The position numbers and the translations under genes are program-made. The notes under the pieces are model-generated. The model was not told the DNA's origin, did not search any database, and saw nothing but the letters and a program-made list of their open reading frames with translations. From Bacillota bacterium (GTDB taxonomy: Bacteria; Bacillota; Dehalobacteriia; UBA4068; UBA4997), in the NCBI GenBank assembly GCA_021769035.1, contig JAETTP010000005.1:1519-65518 (forward strand): a stretch of DNA of 64,000 nt. Reading direction: 5' to 3'. Each line of letters begins with the position of its first letter. Within the stretch, counting starts at the first letter, position 1. Shown here piece by piece: positions 50,626 through 61,319 of the stretch.

Positions 50626-52872
50626 TCAAATCAGATTAACCGGCTCCACATCAATCGCCAAATTGGCCTCCTTAGGCAGCGGCAAAGCGACCGTCGCCTG
50701 CCGCACCACGGCGCGGGCCAGGGCCAAATCCGGGCTTTTCAGCAAAATTTGCAGGCGGTGCCGGTCCTTGATTTTGGCCTTTGGGCAGGGCTTGGGCCCC
50801 CAATACTGCACGCCCGCGGCGGCAGCCGGGTTTTGCTCCAGCTGCTGCTGCAACAAAAAGGCCAGCCGCCGGCCAATATCCTCCGCCAATTGCAAGCTGA
50901 CGGCGCTGATAACCACCCGAATCAGCGAGCAAAAAGGCGGATAAGCGGCCAGCTCCCGGCGCAGGATTTCCTGCCGGTAAAAGGCCTGATAATCCTGCTT
51001 GGCAGCCGCCTGCAAGATAGCCGAATCCGGCTGATAGGTTTGCACCACCACCTCGCCAGGCTCGCCCTTAGCTCGGCCGGCCCGGCCCGCCACCTGACAA
51101 GTCAGTTGAAAGGCCCGCTCGCCGCTGCGCAAATCCGGCATATGCAAGGCAATATCCGCCGCCACCACGCCAACCAGCGTCAGGTGCGGAAAATCCAACC
51201 CTTTGGCAATCATCTGCGTGCCCACCAAAACGTCAATCTGCCCGGCCAACATCGCCTGATAAACCTGCTCTAAGCTGCCGCGCTGGGCCGTCACGTCGCG
51301 GTCCAGCCGGGCCACCCTGGCCTCCGGCAGCAGAGTTTGCACCGCCTCCACGATCTTCTGGGTGCCCGCGCCAAAAAAGCGGATAGCCGCGGAGCCGCAC
51401 TTGGGGCAGCTGGTCGGCGTGGGCAAGGTCTGCTCGCAGTAGTGGCACTTCAAAACCTCGTCGCCAATGTGATAGGCCATCGCCACCGAGCAATGCGGGC
51501 ATTCCACCACGTAGCCGCATTGCCGGCAGGAAACAAAGGATTCATAACCGCGGCGGTTCAAAAACAACAAGCTTTGCTTGCCGGCCTGCCAGTTGGCCCG
51601 CAGCTTTTGCTGCAAAAGCCGGCTGAAAACGCTGTTGTTGCCCGCCCGAAACTCCTGGCTCATATCCACCAGCTGCACGCCGGCCGGCTGGCCGGCCACT
51701 CTCTGCGGCAGTTGGCAAAGCAGATAATCGCCCCGCCGGGCCTTAAAATAGCTCTCCACATCAGGCGTGGCGCTGCCCAGCACCAGGCCCGCGCCGGTCA
51801 GGCGGCAGCGTTCCTCGGCCAGCACCCGCGTATGAAAACGCGGCGCATTATCCTGCTTGTAGCTGGCCTCGTGCTCCTCGTCAATCACCAACAGGCCCAG
51901 CCGGGGCGTGGGCGCAAAAATGGCGGAGCGCGCGCCAATCACCAAATCATAACGCCCTTGGGCAATGCCCAACCAGGCAGCCCGCCGCTCCGCCGCCGTC
52001 AGGCCGGAATGAAGCACGGCCACCCCGCTGCCAAAACGTTGCTGAAAAACCAGCACCGTCTGCGGGGTCAGGGCGATTTCCGGCACCAAAATAATGCTCT
52101 GGCGGCCAGCCTGCCGCTGCTCCTCCGCCAGGCGTAGATAAATTTCCGTTTTGCCGCTGCCCGTCACCCCGTGCAACAGCACCGGCTTCGCCGGTTTGTT
52201 CGGCTCATTATTATAGGAAGCAAAATTAGCCTGAATTTCCGCCAGCACCCGTTTTTGGTCCGGGCTCAGCTCCGGCCGGGGTTTAGGGGCCGCCGGCGGC
52301 TCCCCCTCCCAAACCAATTCCTCGCTCAGCTGCACCAGGCCGCGCTCCGCCAGAGTGCGCACCGTGACCAGGCTGGCCCCGCTCTGCTCCAGCAGTTCCG
52401 GCAAAGGCAGCAGCCCGCCCGCTGCTTGCAGGCAGGCCGCAACCTGCTTTTGCTTCACGCCGCGCAGGCCGGCCAATTCTGCTGAAGCGTCCGCCGCCAG
52501 CTGCACCAAACGTCGGGTTTGGGCCCGCGGCATTTTGCCGGTCAGGTACATCCCCGCCGGCAGCATTGCTTGCAGCATACTCACCCAGCTGCACAGGTAA
52601 TATTCCGCCGCAAAGCGGGAAAGCGCCAGCAAATCCGGGCCAAACAGCGGCTGCGGACTGATAACCCGGCGCAAAGGCTTAATTTTTTCCGGCGGCCAGT
52701 CCACCGCGTCTGTTTCCTCCACCACGATAGCCTCCAAACGCTGACGGGCAAAATCCACCTCCACAATTTGGCCCGGCTGCACCTGCCCGGCCAGCTCCGG
52801 CGGCACGCTGTAGTAAAATATCCGATTTAAGGCCGTCGTCTTTTTGTTGACGACCACTCCCACAAAACGCAT
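50626..52872 (-). CDS. priA: Primosomal protein N'
   Basis: GVTGSGKTE, DEEH, four CxxC motifs, GTQMIAKGLDF, QVAGRAGR. Confidence 0.97.
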   Translation of the reverse strand: MRFVGVVVNKKTTALNRIFYYSVPPELAGQVQPGQIVEVDFARQRLEAIVVEETDAVDWPPEKIKPLRRVISPQPLFGPDLLALSRFAAEYYLCSWVSMLQAMLPAGMYLTGKMPRAQTRRLVQLAADASAELAGLRGVKQKQVAACLQAAGGLLPLPELLEQSGASLVTVRTLAERGLVQLSEELVWEGEPPAAPKPRPELSPDQKRVLAEIQANFASYNNEPNKPAKPVLLHGVTGSGKTEIYLRLAEEQRQAGRQSIILVPEIALTPQTVLVFQQRFGSGVAVLHSGLTAAERRAAWLGIAQGRYDLVIGARSAIFAPTPRLGLLVIDEEHEASYKQDNAPRFHTRVLAEERCRLTGAGLVLGSATPDVESYFKARRGDYLLCQLPQRVAGQPAGVQLVDMSQEFRAGNNSVFSRLLQQKLRANWQAGKQSLLFLNRRGYESFVSCRQCGYVVECPHCSVAMAYHIGDEVLKCHYCEQTLPTPTSCPKCGSAAIRFFGAGTQKIVEAVQTLLPEARVARLDRDVTAQRGSLEQVYQAMLAGQIDVLVGTQMIAKGLDFPHLTLVGVVAADIALHMPDLRSGERAFQLTCQVAGRAGRAKGEPGEVVVQTYQPDSAILQAAAKQDYQAFYRQEILRRELAAYPPFCSLIRVVISAVSLQLAEDIGRRLAFLLQQQLEQNPAAAAGVQYWGPKPCPKAKIKDRHRLQILLKSPDLALARAVVRQATVALPLPKEANLAIDVEPVNLI

Positions 52873-52885
52873 AACCGCAAACGCC

Positions 52886-54052
52886 TTACAGAGCCAAACG
52901 ATAAATCGCCTCGGCGTCGGCCGCCGTCAGCTTCTTAAAATTGCCGACCGTGGGGCCATTGGCGGCCACCAGCAATTCCACCAGCTGGGGAATCGCCTCC
53001 TCCGGCACGTCCAAATGCTCCAGCTTGGTGGGCAGGCCCAAGCCGCGCAAAAATTCCTGATAGCGTTCAATGCCGGCCAAAGCCATCTGCCGCTTGTCAT
53101 CGCCGGCCGGCACCTCCCAAACGTTAGCCGCCAGCCGGGCAAAACGCTCCACATCTTCGTCCAGGCAGTAGCGCATCCAAGCCGGGAAAATCACCGCCAG
53201 GGCCGCGCCGTGGGCGGAATCAAACAGGGCGGAAAGCTGGTGCGCCAAAGCGTGGCTGGCCCAGTCCTGCTCCCGCCCCACGCCGCAAATATTGTTATGC
53301 GCCAGCATGCCGGCCCACATCAGGGCCGCCTGCGCCTGATAATCCTCGCTATCAATAATCACCCGCATAGCCACGTCTTTCACGGCCAGCAAAACAGCCT
53401 CGCACATGCGGTCGGTCACCGCGTTATCCGGCGTTTTTGTGAAGTAACGCTCCAAAATATGCGACATCATATCGGAAATACCGCAAGCGCTTTGATATTT
53501 GGGCAGGGTGAAAGTCAGCTCCGGGTTCAAAACGGCAAAGCGCGGGCGCAAGCAGTCCGCCTTGGTGCCCTTTTTGATTTTGTTCTCCTCGTCAGTAATC
53601 ACCGTGTTGGGAGAGCCCTCGCTGCCCGCCGCCGGAATAGTCAACACCACGCCCACCGGCAGGGCTTCCGTCGCCGGCTTGCCGCGGAAAAAATCCAAAA
53701 AATCCCCAGCATAAGGCGTACCCAAAGCCACAGCCTTGGCCGTATCAATCACGGAGCCGCCGCCCACCGCCAGCAGAAAATCCACCTGGGCCTCCCTGGC
53801 CGCCTCAATCGCCTGATAGACAAAGGAGCTGCCGGGGTTGGGCTGCACGCCGCCCAGCGTCACACAATCCACACCGGCCGCGTCCAGCGAATCCAAAACC
53901 TCGTGCAAAACGCCGCTACGCAGCACCGAACCACCGCCATACAGCACCAGGGCCCTTTTGCCGCCGCACTGGGCTACATATTTGCCAACCCGCTTGTGGG
54001 TATCGCTGCCAAAAATAAACTGGGTGGGGCTTTGAAAGGTAAAATTTTCCAT
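52886..54052 (-). CDS. Iron-containing alcohol (butanol-type) dehydrogenase
   Basis: GGGS, QPNP, AVGGGSVIDTAK, DMMSH, DWASH..H, HGAALA. Confidence 0.93.
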   Translation of the reverse strand: MENFTFQSPTQFIFGSDTHKRVGKYVAQCGGKRALVLYGGGSVLRSGVLHEVLDSLDAAGVDCVTLGGVQPNPGSSFVYQAIEAAREAQVDFLLAVGGGSVIDTAKAVALGTPYAGDFLDFFRGKPATEALPVGVVLTIPAAGSEGSPNTVITDEENKIKKGTKADCLRPRFAVLNPELTFTLPKYQSACGISDMMSHILERYFTKTPDNAVTDRMCEAVLLAVKDVAMRVIIDSEDYQAQAALMWAGMLAHNNICGVGREQDWASHALAHQLSALFDSAHGAALAVIFPAWMRYCLDEDVERFARLAANVWEVPAGDDKRQMALAGIERYQEFLRGLGLPTKLEHLDVPEEAIPQLVELLVAANGPTVGNFKKLTAADAEAIYRLAL

Positions 54053-54084
54053 ATTCTATGCAACTCCTCTTAATTATTAATTTA

Positions 54085-55713
54085 TTAATCAAAATATTTT
54101 TCATAGTAAGCATCACTTTGCAGCCAGCGGTAGATGATAGCCGCGCCCTCGCCTCTGGTAATCAGCTTGTCCGGCGCAAAGGTTTCCGGCGCAATGCCGT
54201 GCATAATCCCCAGGCGATACAAATTGCCCACGGCGCCTCTCGCCCAGGCGTAGCCCTCCTGCATATCGGCGTAGGGCAGCTGAGCCTCCGCGTCGCCGCC
54301 GCCGATAACCCTATCCAACATCACGGCTGCCTCCGCCCGCGTGATGTAAGCGTCCGGCCGCACCGTGCCGTCCGTGTAGCCGGAAAGTAGGCCGCGGGCC
54401 GCCGCCTTGTAAACATCGTCATAGGCCCAATGGCCGGTAGAAATATCCGTGTACAGCCGCTGGGCCAGCGCGCCCTCCGGCAGGGGAGCCACCCTATCCA
54501 ACGTCCGGTTCAGCAGGGCGGCAAACTGGGCCCGCGTCAGGTTCTCGCCCACGCCAAAATAGCTGTCGGAAAGGCCGTTCACCAGTGGCGGCGTGTTGTA
54601 GTACAGGCCCAGCACCGCTTCCGCAGCCCAGTGGCCGGCCAAATCCGTAAAGGGCGAAATCACCGAGTACAAAGCTAGCTCGGAGCTGTAGCTAATCAGC
54701 GGCGCGGCACCCTGGTAATTGTAGCTGACGCTGTTATTACCGGCCTGGGGCAGATATTCGCAGGTGTAAATCAAACGATGTTCATTAACAATATTGGCAA
54801 AACGGGACCAATCCGTCATCTGGCCACCAGACTGGCCGGAGCCCTCGCCGGCGGTGTAGGAAAAGGTGGGGTCGGCCACCAGCCAGCCCACGCCTTTTAT
54901 GTAAAACTCCACCCAGTTATGCCGCAGCCTGTCCGCATTGATATGGCCGCTGGGGCTTAAAAAGGCGTTGTCCAGCTGCACCGTTGGGTCGTACAAAAAG
55001 CCGCCGCACACTCTGGCCGGAATGCCCACCGCCCGCAGGGTGGCCGCATACAAATTGGCATAGTCCACACAGTTGCCGCTGGCCCTCTCGTAGGCGGCCT
55101 GGGCGGAGCGGCTATCGCGCTCCGTGTTGTCATAGTTTAAATAGCCGTTGACGGTGGCAAACAGCAGGCGGGCCTGCAAATAGGGGTTGGCGGAGGCGGC
55201 CGTGGCGGATTTGGCAAAGGAAATAATCTCCGGCAAATCGGAGTTTATCTCGTCCGAGGGGGCCAGATAAGCCTCCAGGCCCTCCAGCGCCAAGGCGGAA
55301 TCCTGCTCGCTCACATCATAGGAAACGCAGTAGTTCTGCACGGCCACCCGCTGCACCAGCTCCACCGTCTGCCCCGGCGGCAACTCCTCAATCTGATAAT
55401 GAGCGGTGCGGCTGCCGTCCGCCGCCTGGCTGATGCTTTGTGGCTGCGGCGAAAATTCCTCGCCCAGCACCTCCTGCCAATGCACGCTTTGATTGGAGGC
55501 CAACGGCACCTCCAGATTGATATTCCGAATCGGCCTGGCGCTGCGGTTTTCCACCCGCACAGTGTTGATAACAGTGTAAATCCGCCCATTATCCCGCTGC
55601 ACGTAAGCCAAAGGCTCGTCCGCCGCCCAGGCCACCGCCGGCCAGGCAAGCAGGCACAGCAAAACCGCAACCAAACCCGGCAGCAAGCGGCCCGTTCTAA
55701 AATTCTGAAGCAT
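54085..55713 (-). CDS. Secreted transglutaminase-like protein with SLH domains
   Basis: RBS AAGGAG + ATG 55713; signal peptide; triad GNCVDY / HNWVE / ADPT; three SLH. Confidence 0.88.
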   Translation of the reverse strand: MLQNFRTGRLLPGLVAVLLCLLAWPAVAWAADEPLAYVQRDNGRIYTVINTVRVENRSARPIRNINLEVPLASNQSVHWQEVLGEEFSPQPQSISQAADGSRTAHYQIEELPPGQTVELVQRVAVQNYCVSYDVSEQDSALALEGLEAYLAPSDEINSDLPEIISFAKSATAASANPYLQARLLFATVNGYLNYDNTERDSRSAQAAYERASGNCVDYANLYAATLRAVGIPARVCGGFLYDPTVQLDNAFLSPSGHINADRLRHNWVEFYIKGVGWLVADPTFSYTAGEGSGQSGGQMTDWSRFANIVNEHRLIYTCEYLPQAGNNSVSYNYQGAAPLISYSSELALYSVISPFTDLAGHWAAEAVLGLYYNTPPLVNGLSDSYFGVGENLTRAQFAALLNRTLDRVAPLPEGALAQRLYTDISTGHWAYDDVYKAAARGLLSGYTDGTVRPDAYITRAEAAVMLDRVIGGGDAEAQLPYADMQEGYAWARGAVGNLYRLGIMHGIAPETFAPDKLITRGEGAAIIYRWLQSDAYYEKYFD

Positions 55714-55961
55714 AAAAAAACTCCTTAACACAACAAACCTATCTAAAAAAAACCTAAAAACTATCAAAACCAACTCTATCATAAACTCAATCACATTACA
55801 TTATATCATATTATATCATATTCTTTTTTAAATTTCAAACATTTACGGCAATTCTCCAAAAGATACCTTAAAATTAAAATCCAAGCAAAAAAAGCTGGCA
55901 TTGGCAAGCAAAATATGCTATGATAATAAAAGCTAAAAATTAAAGGAGCGTGCAAAACTAA

Positions 55962-56162
55962 ATGAGCAAACATAAAAAACGCAAAGGCAATCCCAAAACT
56001 AAACCGCAGGAAAAGCAAACCACCTGGGAAATCATTAAGGACCTGTTCCGCAACCCCTTTGAATATCGCCGCAAAAGCGGCAGCCTGGGCAAGGTTTTGG
56101 GCGGCGTTTGCTTGTTTTTGGCCGTCTGCCTGCTGTTCTATTTAACCGGCGATAATTTTTAA
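55962..56162 (+). CDS. Small membrane protein (basic N-terminus, one C-terminal TM)
   Basis: RBS AAGGAG; fills the gap between neighbouring genes. Confidence 0.7.
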   Translation: MSKHKKRKGNPKTKPQEKQTTWEIIKDLFRNPFEYRRKSGSLGKVLGGVCLFLAVCLLFYLTGDNF

Positions 56163-56182
56163 TTTGATTTTAGACGAACAAT

Positions 56183-58039
56183 TTAGCTGAGCTCAAACAA
56201 ACCGGTGTAAAGCTGATAGTAGCGGCCCTTTTGCCGCAGCAGATCGGCGTGGTCGCCCCGCTCAATAATCTGCCCACCCTCAATCACCAAAATGGCGTTG
56301 GCGTTGCGCACCGTGGAAAGGCGGTGGGCAATCACAAACACAGTGCGGCCCTCCATCAGGCGGTTCATACCCTTTTCAATCAGGGCCTCTGTGCGGGTGT
56401 CGATAGAGCTGGTGGCTTCGTCCAGCACCAAAACCGGCGGGTTGGCCACTGCCGCGCGGGCAATCGTCAAAAGCTGCCGCTGCCCCTGCGACAAATTGCC
56501 GCCGTCGCCGCTGATAACCGTGTCGTAGCCCTGCGGCAGCTGGCGGATAAAACCCTCCGCATTAGCCAGCCGGGCGGCCTCCTCCACCTCCGCGTCGGTG
56601 GCGTCCAGCCGGCCGTAGCGGATATTATCGCGGATACTGCCGGAAAACAGGTGGCTGTCCTGCAAAACAAAAGCCAGAGAGCGGCGCAAGTCCGCTTTTT
56701 TTATTTGCTTAATATCAATGCCGTCATATAAAATGCGGCCCTGTTCAATATCGTAAAAACGGTTCAGCAAATTGGTGACGGTGGTTTTGCCTGCGCCGGT
56801 GCTGCCCACCAGGGCAATCTTCTGGCCCGGCTTGGCGTAAAAGCTGACGTTGTGCAGCACCGTCTTTTCCGGCGTGTAGCCGAAAGTCACATTTTCCAGC
56901 CGCACCTCGCCCCGCACCGGCCGCAAACTGCCGTCGGCCTGCCGCCACTGCCACTGCCCGCCCTCGTGCAGCAGCTGCACCTGGCCCTCGTCCTGCTCCG
57001 GCTGTTCGTCCAGCAGGGCAAAAATGCGCTCCGCCCCGGCCAAAGCCAGCAGCACATTGTTAAACTGCTGGGAAATCTGGGTCACCGGCTGGGCAAACTG
57101 CCGGGTCAGCTGCAAAAAGGCTGCAATAGTGCCAAGGTCCAGCCAGCCGTAAACCGCCAGCACCGCACCCAGCACGGCCGTCAGGGCATAATGCACGTAT
57201 GACAGGTTCATCATCACCGGCATCAGGATATTGGCGAATGTGTGAGCGTTGGTGGAGGCCTGGCAAAGCTCCTGGTTCAGGCGGTCAAAATCCTGCTTGC
57301 AGGCCGCCTCGTGCTGAAACACCTTGATAACCTTTTGGCCGCCAATCATCTCCTCCACATAGCCGTTCAAGCTGCCGATAGCCGCCTGCTGCCGCTTAAA
57401 GTAGTAGCCGCTGCGCCGGCCAATCAGGCGCACCGCCAGCAGCATTAAGGCCAACATCAGCAAAACCAGCAGGGTCAGCGTCGGGCTTAAAAACAGCATA
57501 GCCGCCAACACGCCAAGTAGCGTCGCCGCGGAAGCCAAAAGCTGAGGCAGGCCCATGCTCAGCACGTCGTGCAGGGCGTCGGTATCGTTGGTGTAAAGGC
57601 TCATCACCTCGCCGTTGGGGTGCGTGTCAAAATATTTCAGCGGCAGGCTTTGCATATGCCGGAACATATCCCGGCGGATTTGGGCCAGCGTGTTGGTGGA
57701 AATTACCAACATCACCCGGTTGTAGATAAATGTGCAAGCCGCGCCTAGCAGATACACGCCGCCCATCAGGGCCATCAGGCGCGCAAAGCCGGAAAGGTCC
57801 GGGTTCTGCTGGCCCACAAAGGGCAAAATATAATTGTTGAACAGCGGTTTCAGATAGTAGCTGCTGGCCACCGCCGCCCCGGAGCTGCCCAAAATAGCCA
57901 ACAGCACCGCCGCCAGCCGCAACCGATAGGGCCGCATAATCGCCAAGAGCCGCAGGGAGGTTGCCCGCAAATTGCCAGGCCCTTTTTTGCCCCTCTGGGG
58001 CAGGCCTTTTTTCGTTTGCTTATCAGTTTCAGCCGCCAA
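56183..58039 (-). CDS. Heterodimeric ABC exporter, subunit B (TMD+NBD)
   Basis: GSTGAGKT, LSQGQRQ, LDEATS, AHRLST; TTG start at 58039 overlaps the partner's stop. Confidence 0.95.
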   Translation of the reverse strand: MAAETDKQTKKGLPQRGKKGPGNLRATSLRLLAIMRPYRLRLAAVLLAILGSSGAAVASSYYLKPLFNNYILPFVGQQNPDLSGFARLMALMGGVYLLGAACTFIYNRVMLVISTNTLAQIRRDMFRHMQSLPLKYFDTHPNGEVMSLYTNDTDALHDVLSMGLPQLLASAATLLGVLAAMLFLSPTLTLLVLLMLALMLLAVRLIGRRSGYYFKRQQAAIGSLNGYVEEMIGGQKVIKVFQHEAACKQDFDRLNQELCQASTNAHTFANILMPVMMNLSYVHYALTAVLGAVLAVYGWLDLGTIAAFLQLTRQFAQPVTQISQQFNNVLLALAGAERIFALLDEQPEQDEGQVQLLHEGGQWQWRQADGSLRPVRGEVRLENVTFGYTPEKTVLHNVSFYAKPGQKIALVGSTGAGKTTVTNLLNRFYDIEQGRILYDGIDIKQIKKADLRRSLAFVLQDSHLFSGSIRDNIRYGRLDATDAEVEEAARLANAEGFIRQLPQGYDTVISGDGGNLSQGQRQLLTIARAAVANPPVLVLDEATSSIDTRTEALIEKGMNRLMEGRTVFVIAHRLSTVRNANAILVIEGGQIIERGDHADLLRQKGRYYQLYTGLFELS

Positions 58040-59783
58040 TTTCCGCCACCCCTTTCTGCACCGGATTCTGTTGCGAATTGTAAACCTCCTGATAAATACG
58101 ATTACCCGCCAGCAGCTCCACGTGAGTGCCCACGCCGTCAATGCGGCCGCCGTCTAGCACCACAATCTTATCCGCCTCCTGCACCGAGGCAATGCGCTGG
58201 GCCACAATCAGGGTCGTCACCCGACGGCTGCGGCTTTCCGCCGCCAAAGCCCGGCGGATTTGCTTATCCGTGGCGGTGTCCACCGCGCTGGTGCTGTCGT
58301 CCAGGATAATCACCGCCGCCTGCCGCAGCAGGGCCCGCGCAATACACAACCGCTGCTTTTGCCCGCCGGAGAGGTTCACGCCGCCCTGGCCAAGCACCGT
58401 CTGATAGCCCTGCGGCAGGCTGAGGATAAAATCGTGCGCCGCCGCGGCCCGGCAGGCCTCCTCCACCGCCGCCTGGCTGGCCTGCGGGTTGCCCCAACGC
58501 AGGTTCTCCAAAATGGTGCCGGAAAAAAGCAGGTTCTTCTGCAAAACAATGGCCACCTTGGCCCTAAGCTCCGCCAGGCTTTGCCGCCGCACGTCCACGC
58601 CGCCCAGCAGCACCCGGCCGGCCGTCGCGTCGTAAAGTCGGGGAATCAGCTGCACCAGCGTGGATTTGCCGGAGCCCGTGCCGCCGATTAGGCCCACGGT
58701 TTCGCCCGGCTCAATGCGCAGGCTGATATTTTGCAGGGCCGGGCCGCCCGCCCCCGGATAACTAAAGCTGACGTTTTCAAACACAATCTCGCCCGCCGCG
58801 GCGGCCGGCTGGATTTGGACCGGCTCCTCCATACCGGCTGGCTCCTCCAGCACCTCCACAATGCGGCTGATTGAAGCGCGGGACAAAATCAGGTTGACGG
58901 CAATCATGGCAATCATCATCACCGACATCAAAATCTGGGAAACATAGCTGATAAAGCCCATCAAATCGCCCAACAGCATATCGCCTGTGATAATCATATT
59001 GCCACCGAACCAAGCCGCCGCCAGCATGCAGGCGTACATCACCAGCTGCATTAAGGGCATGGCGCAGATAATCAGCCCCTCGGCCCGGAAGCTGGCCGCC
59101 CGTAGCTCCTCAATGCTTTTGTCAAACAGCTCAATTTCGTAATCGCCGCGCACAAAGGATTTCACCACCCGGATAGCCGTCAAATCCTCCTGGGTACGGT
59201 CGTTCAGCTTGTCGTATTTAGTCAAGAGGATTTTAAAGCGGCCAAAGGCACGGCTGGAAATCAGAAATATCGCGCCAGCCAACAGCGGCAGGGCCGCCAG
59301 AAAAATCAGGGCCAGCCGGGCGTTGATGTAAAAGGCCATCGCCGCCGCGCAAATCAACATCAGCGGCGCCCGGAAAAGAATCCGCAGGCCCATCATCAGG
59401 GCCATCTGGGTGTTGGTAACGTCCGTCGTCAGCCGGGTTATCAACGAGGGCGTGCTGAATTTGTCCAGCTTGGCAAAGGAAAACGCCTGGATTTTGGCAA
59501 AAAGCCGCTCCCGCACATTTTTGGCAAAGCCCATAGCCCCCACGGCCGCATTGCGCCCGGCCAGCACGCCGAACAGCAGGGAAAGGCAGGCCAGCCCAAT
59601 CATCAGCGCGCCCATCTGCCAGATGTAAGCCAAATCGCCCGCGCCGGCCAGGCCCACATTCACAATCTGAGCCATCACCAGCGGAATCAAAATTTCCATC
59701 AGCACCTCGCCCGCAATAAACACGGGCGCCAAGGCCATCGGCAGCCGAACCCCCCGCGTGCAGGGCAGCAGCTTTTTCAGCAT
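58029..59783 (-). CDS. Heterodimeric ABC exporter, subunit A (degenerate NBD)
   Basis: GGTGSGKS, LSGGQKQR, LDDSTS, AQR; RBS AAGGAG + ATG 59783. Confidence 0.95.
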   Translation of the reverse strand: MLKKLLPCTRGVRLPMALAPVFIAGEVLMEILIPLVMAQIVNVGLAGAGDLAYIWQMGALMIGLACLSLLFGVLAGRNAAVGAMGFAKNVRERLFAKIQAFSFAKLDKFSTPSLITRLTTDVTNTQMALMMGLRILFRAPLMLICAAAMAFYINARLALIFLAALPLLAGAIFLISSRAFGRFKILLTKYDKLNDRTQEDLTAIRVVKSFVRGDYEIELFDKSIEELRAASFRAEGLIICAMPLMQLVMYACMLAAAWFGGNMIITGDMLLGDLMGFISYVSQILMSVMMIAMIAVNLILSRASISRIVEVLEEPAGMEEPVQIQPAAAAGEIVFENVSFSYPGAGGPALQNISLRIEPGETVGLIGGTGSGKSTLVQLIPRLYDATAGRVLLGGVDVRRQSLAELRAKVAIVLQKNLLFSGTILENLRWGNPQASQAAVEEACRAAAAHDFILSLPQGYQTVLGQGGVNLSGGQKQRLCIARALLRQAAVIILDDSTSAVDTATDKQIRRALAAESRSRRVTTLIVAQRIASVQEADKIVVLDGGRIDGVGTHVELLAGNRIYQEVYNSQQNPVQKGVAEIGG

Positions 59784-59871
59784 TGCACCATCACTCCTTG
59801 CGCCGGCCAAGGCAGCCGGCCTATATATTTTTCTTATAGCTTTATATAAAATTTTCGTATAAGCCAAATCA

Positions 59872-59900
59872 TTGACTTAAGGCCGTTTTTACTATATAAT
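59872..59900 (+). promoter_or_regulatory. Sigma-A promoter of metA
   Basis: TTGACT-17-TATAAT. Confidence 0.75.
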
Positions 59901-59976
59901 TAATTATAGCCTTTGGCCTATGATTTATCTAGGCTTTTGGTCTTTTATTTTTCGGAAATTAAGGAGGCCTAACCCG

Positions 59977-60891
59977 ATGCCCATTAAAATCCCCAACGAT
60001 TTACCCGCCAGGCCTATCCTGGAGGACGAGCATATTTTTGTGATGACCGAAACCCGCGCCCTAACGCAGGACATTCGTCCGCTGCGCATCGGCATTGTGA
60101 ACCTGATGCCCACCAAAATTGCCACGGAAACCCAGCTGTTGCGTTGCCTGGCCAACACGCCGTTGCAAATTGAGGTGGATTTAATTCACACCCAAAGCTA
60201 CACCGCCAAAAACACCTCGGAGGAGCACCTTTCCGCCTTTTACCGCACCTTTGACGACATCAAAAGCGAAAACTACGACGGTATCATCATCACCGGCGCG
60301 CCGGTAGAAAATATGCCCTTTGAGGAGGTGGAATACTGGCCGGAGCTGTGCCAAATTATGGAATGGACGAAAACCCACGTGCACAGCACCATGCATATCT
60401 GTTGGGCTGCGCAGGCCGGCCTTTATTATCACTACGACGTGCCCAAGCAGCAGCTGCCCAACAAGCTGAGCGGCATTTACAGCCACCGGCTGTTAAACCC
60501 CAAAGCCCGGCTGTTCCGCGGCTTCGACGAAGAATATTTTGCCCCCCATTCCCGCCACACTCAATCAGACCCGGAGGCCATCGCCAAGGAGCCGCAGCTG
60601 CGCGTGCTGGCAGTTTCGCCCCAGGCCGGAATCCACATCGTCAGCGACCAAGACAGCCGCCAGTTCTTCATCAGCGGCCATTCGGAATATGACCTCTACA
60701 CCCTGCGGGACGAATACCGGCGCGATATAGCCAACGGCCTGCCGGTGCAAATTCCCCTGAACTACTTCCCGCAGAACGACCCCAGCCAGAAGCCAATCAA
60801 CCACTGGCGGGCCCACGCCAACCTGCTGTTTACCAACTGGCTGAACTATTATGTTTACCAAACCACGCCTTATGATTTGGAGCAAATTTAA
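59977..60891 (+). CDS. metA: Homoserine O-acyltransferase MetA, probably acetyl-CoA specific
   Basis: MPIKIP, NLMPTK, ITGAPVE (Glu at the specificity position), ICWAAQA, GHSEY. Confidence 0.96.
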   Translation: MPIKIPNDLPARPILEDEHIFVMTETRALTQDIRPLRIGIVNLMPTKIATETQLLRCLANTPLQIEVDLIHTQSYTAKNTSEEHLSAFYRTFDDIKSENYDGIIITGAPVENMPFEEVEYWPELCQIMEWTKTHVHSTMHICWAAQAGLYYHYDVPKQQLPNKLSGIYSHRLLNPKARLFRGFDEEYFAPHSRHTQSDPEAIAKEPQLRVLAVSPQAGIHIVSDQDSRQFFISGHSEYDLYTLRDEYRRDIANGLPVQIPLNYFPQNDPSQKPINHWRAHANLLFTNWLNYYVYQTTPYDLEQI

Positions 60892-60914
60892 CGACCAATT
60901 CGTTCGCATTTTTT

Positions 60915-60956
60915 TTGAGGGGTACAAGCTGCCGTCAAACAGCCAGTACCCCTCAA
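60915..60956. terminator. Terminator hairpin
   Basis: TTGAGGGGTAC...GTACCCCTCAA. Confidence 0.75.
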
Positions 60957-61025
60957 TTATTTTGCAAAAAGGTTATTACATTGGGATTATACTATTAAAA
61001 TATAAACCTAATATAAACTCAGCGT

Positions 61026-61319
61026 TTAATGATTTTTGTTAGCGTCGTAAACCGCCTCCGTGCCGTAGGCCTCCATTCGGTTCACCATTTCCGGCGTCAC
61101 CCTTTCAATATCGGAAAGCCCCTCCATGCCGTCTGTGGAGGGCTGGCTGGCCTGGGAGCTGGCGCCGCTGGGCTGGGCCGGCTGAGCAGCCGGCGGATTG
61201 ACGGCGGCCCAACTCACTCCCGGCCGGGCCGGGCGGCCGTCTGCCAAATGCCCGTCGGTGGCCGGCGGCGTTTGCTTATCCAAATTTTGCAGCAATTCAT
61301 TTTCTTTATTAGTGTCCAT
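61026..61319 (-). CDS. Hypothetical low-complexity 97-aa protein
   Basis: RBS AAGAGG + ATG; SigG/F-like promoter GGATA-18-CATTCTA upstream. Confidence 0.7.
   Translation of the reverse strand: MDTNKENELLQNLDKQTPPATDGHLADGRPARPGVSWAAVNPPAAQPAQPSGASSQASQPSTDGMEGLSDIERVTPEMVNRMEAYGTEAVYDANKNH

Noticed and set aside
58029..58400. Degenerate Walker B and switch motif in ABC subunit A
   Set aside because: This is normal for heterodimeric ABC exporters.
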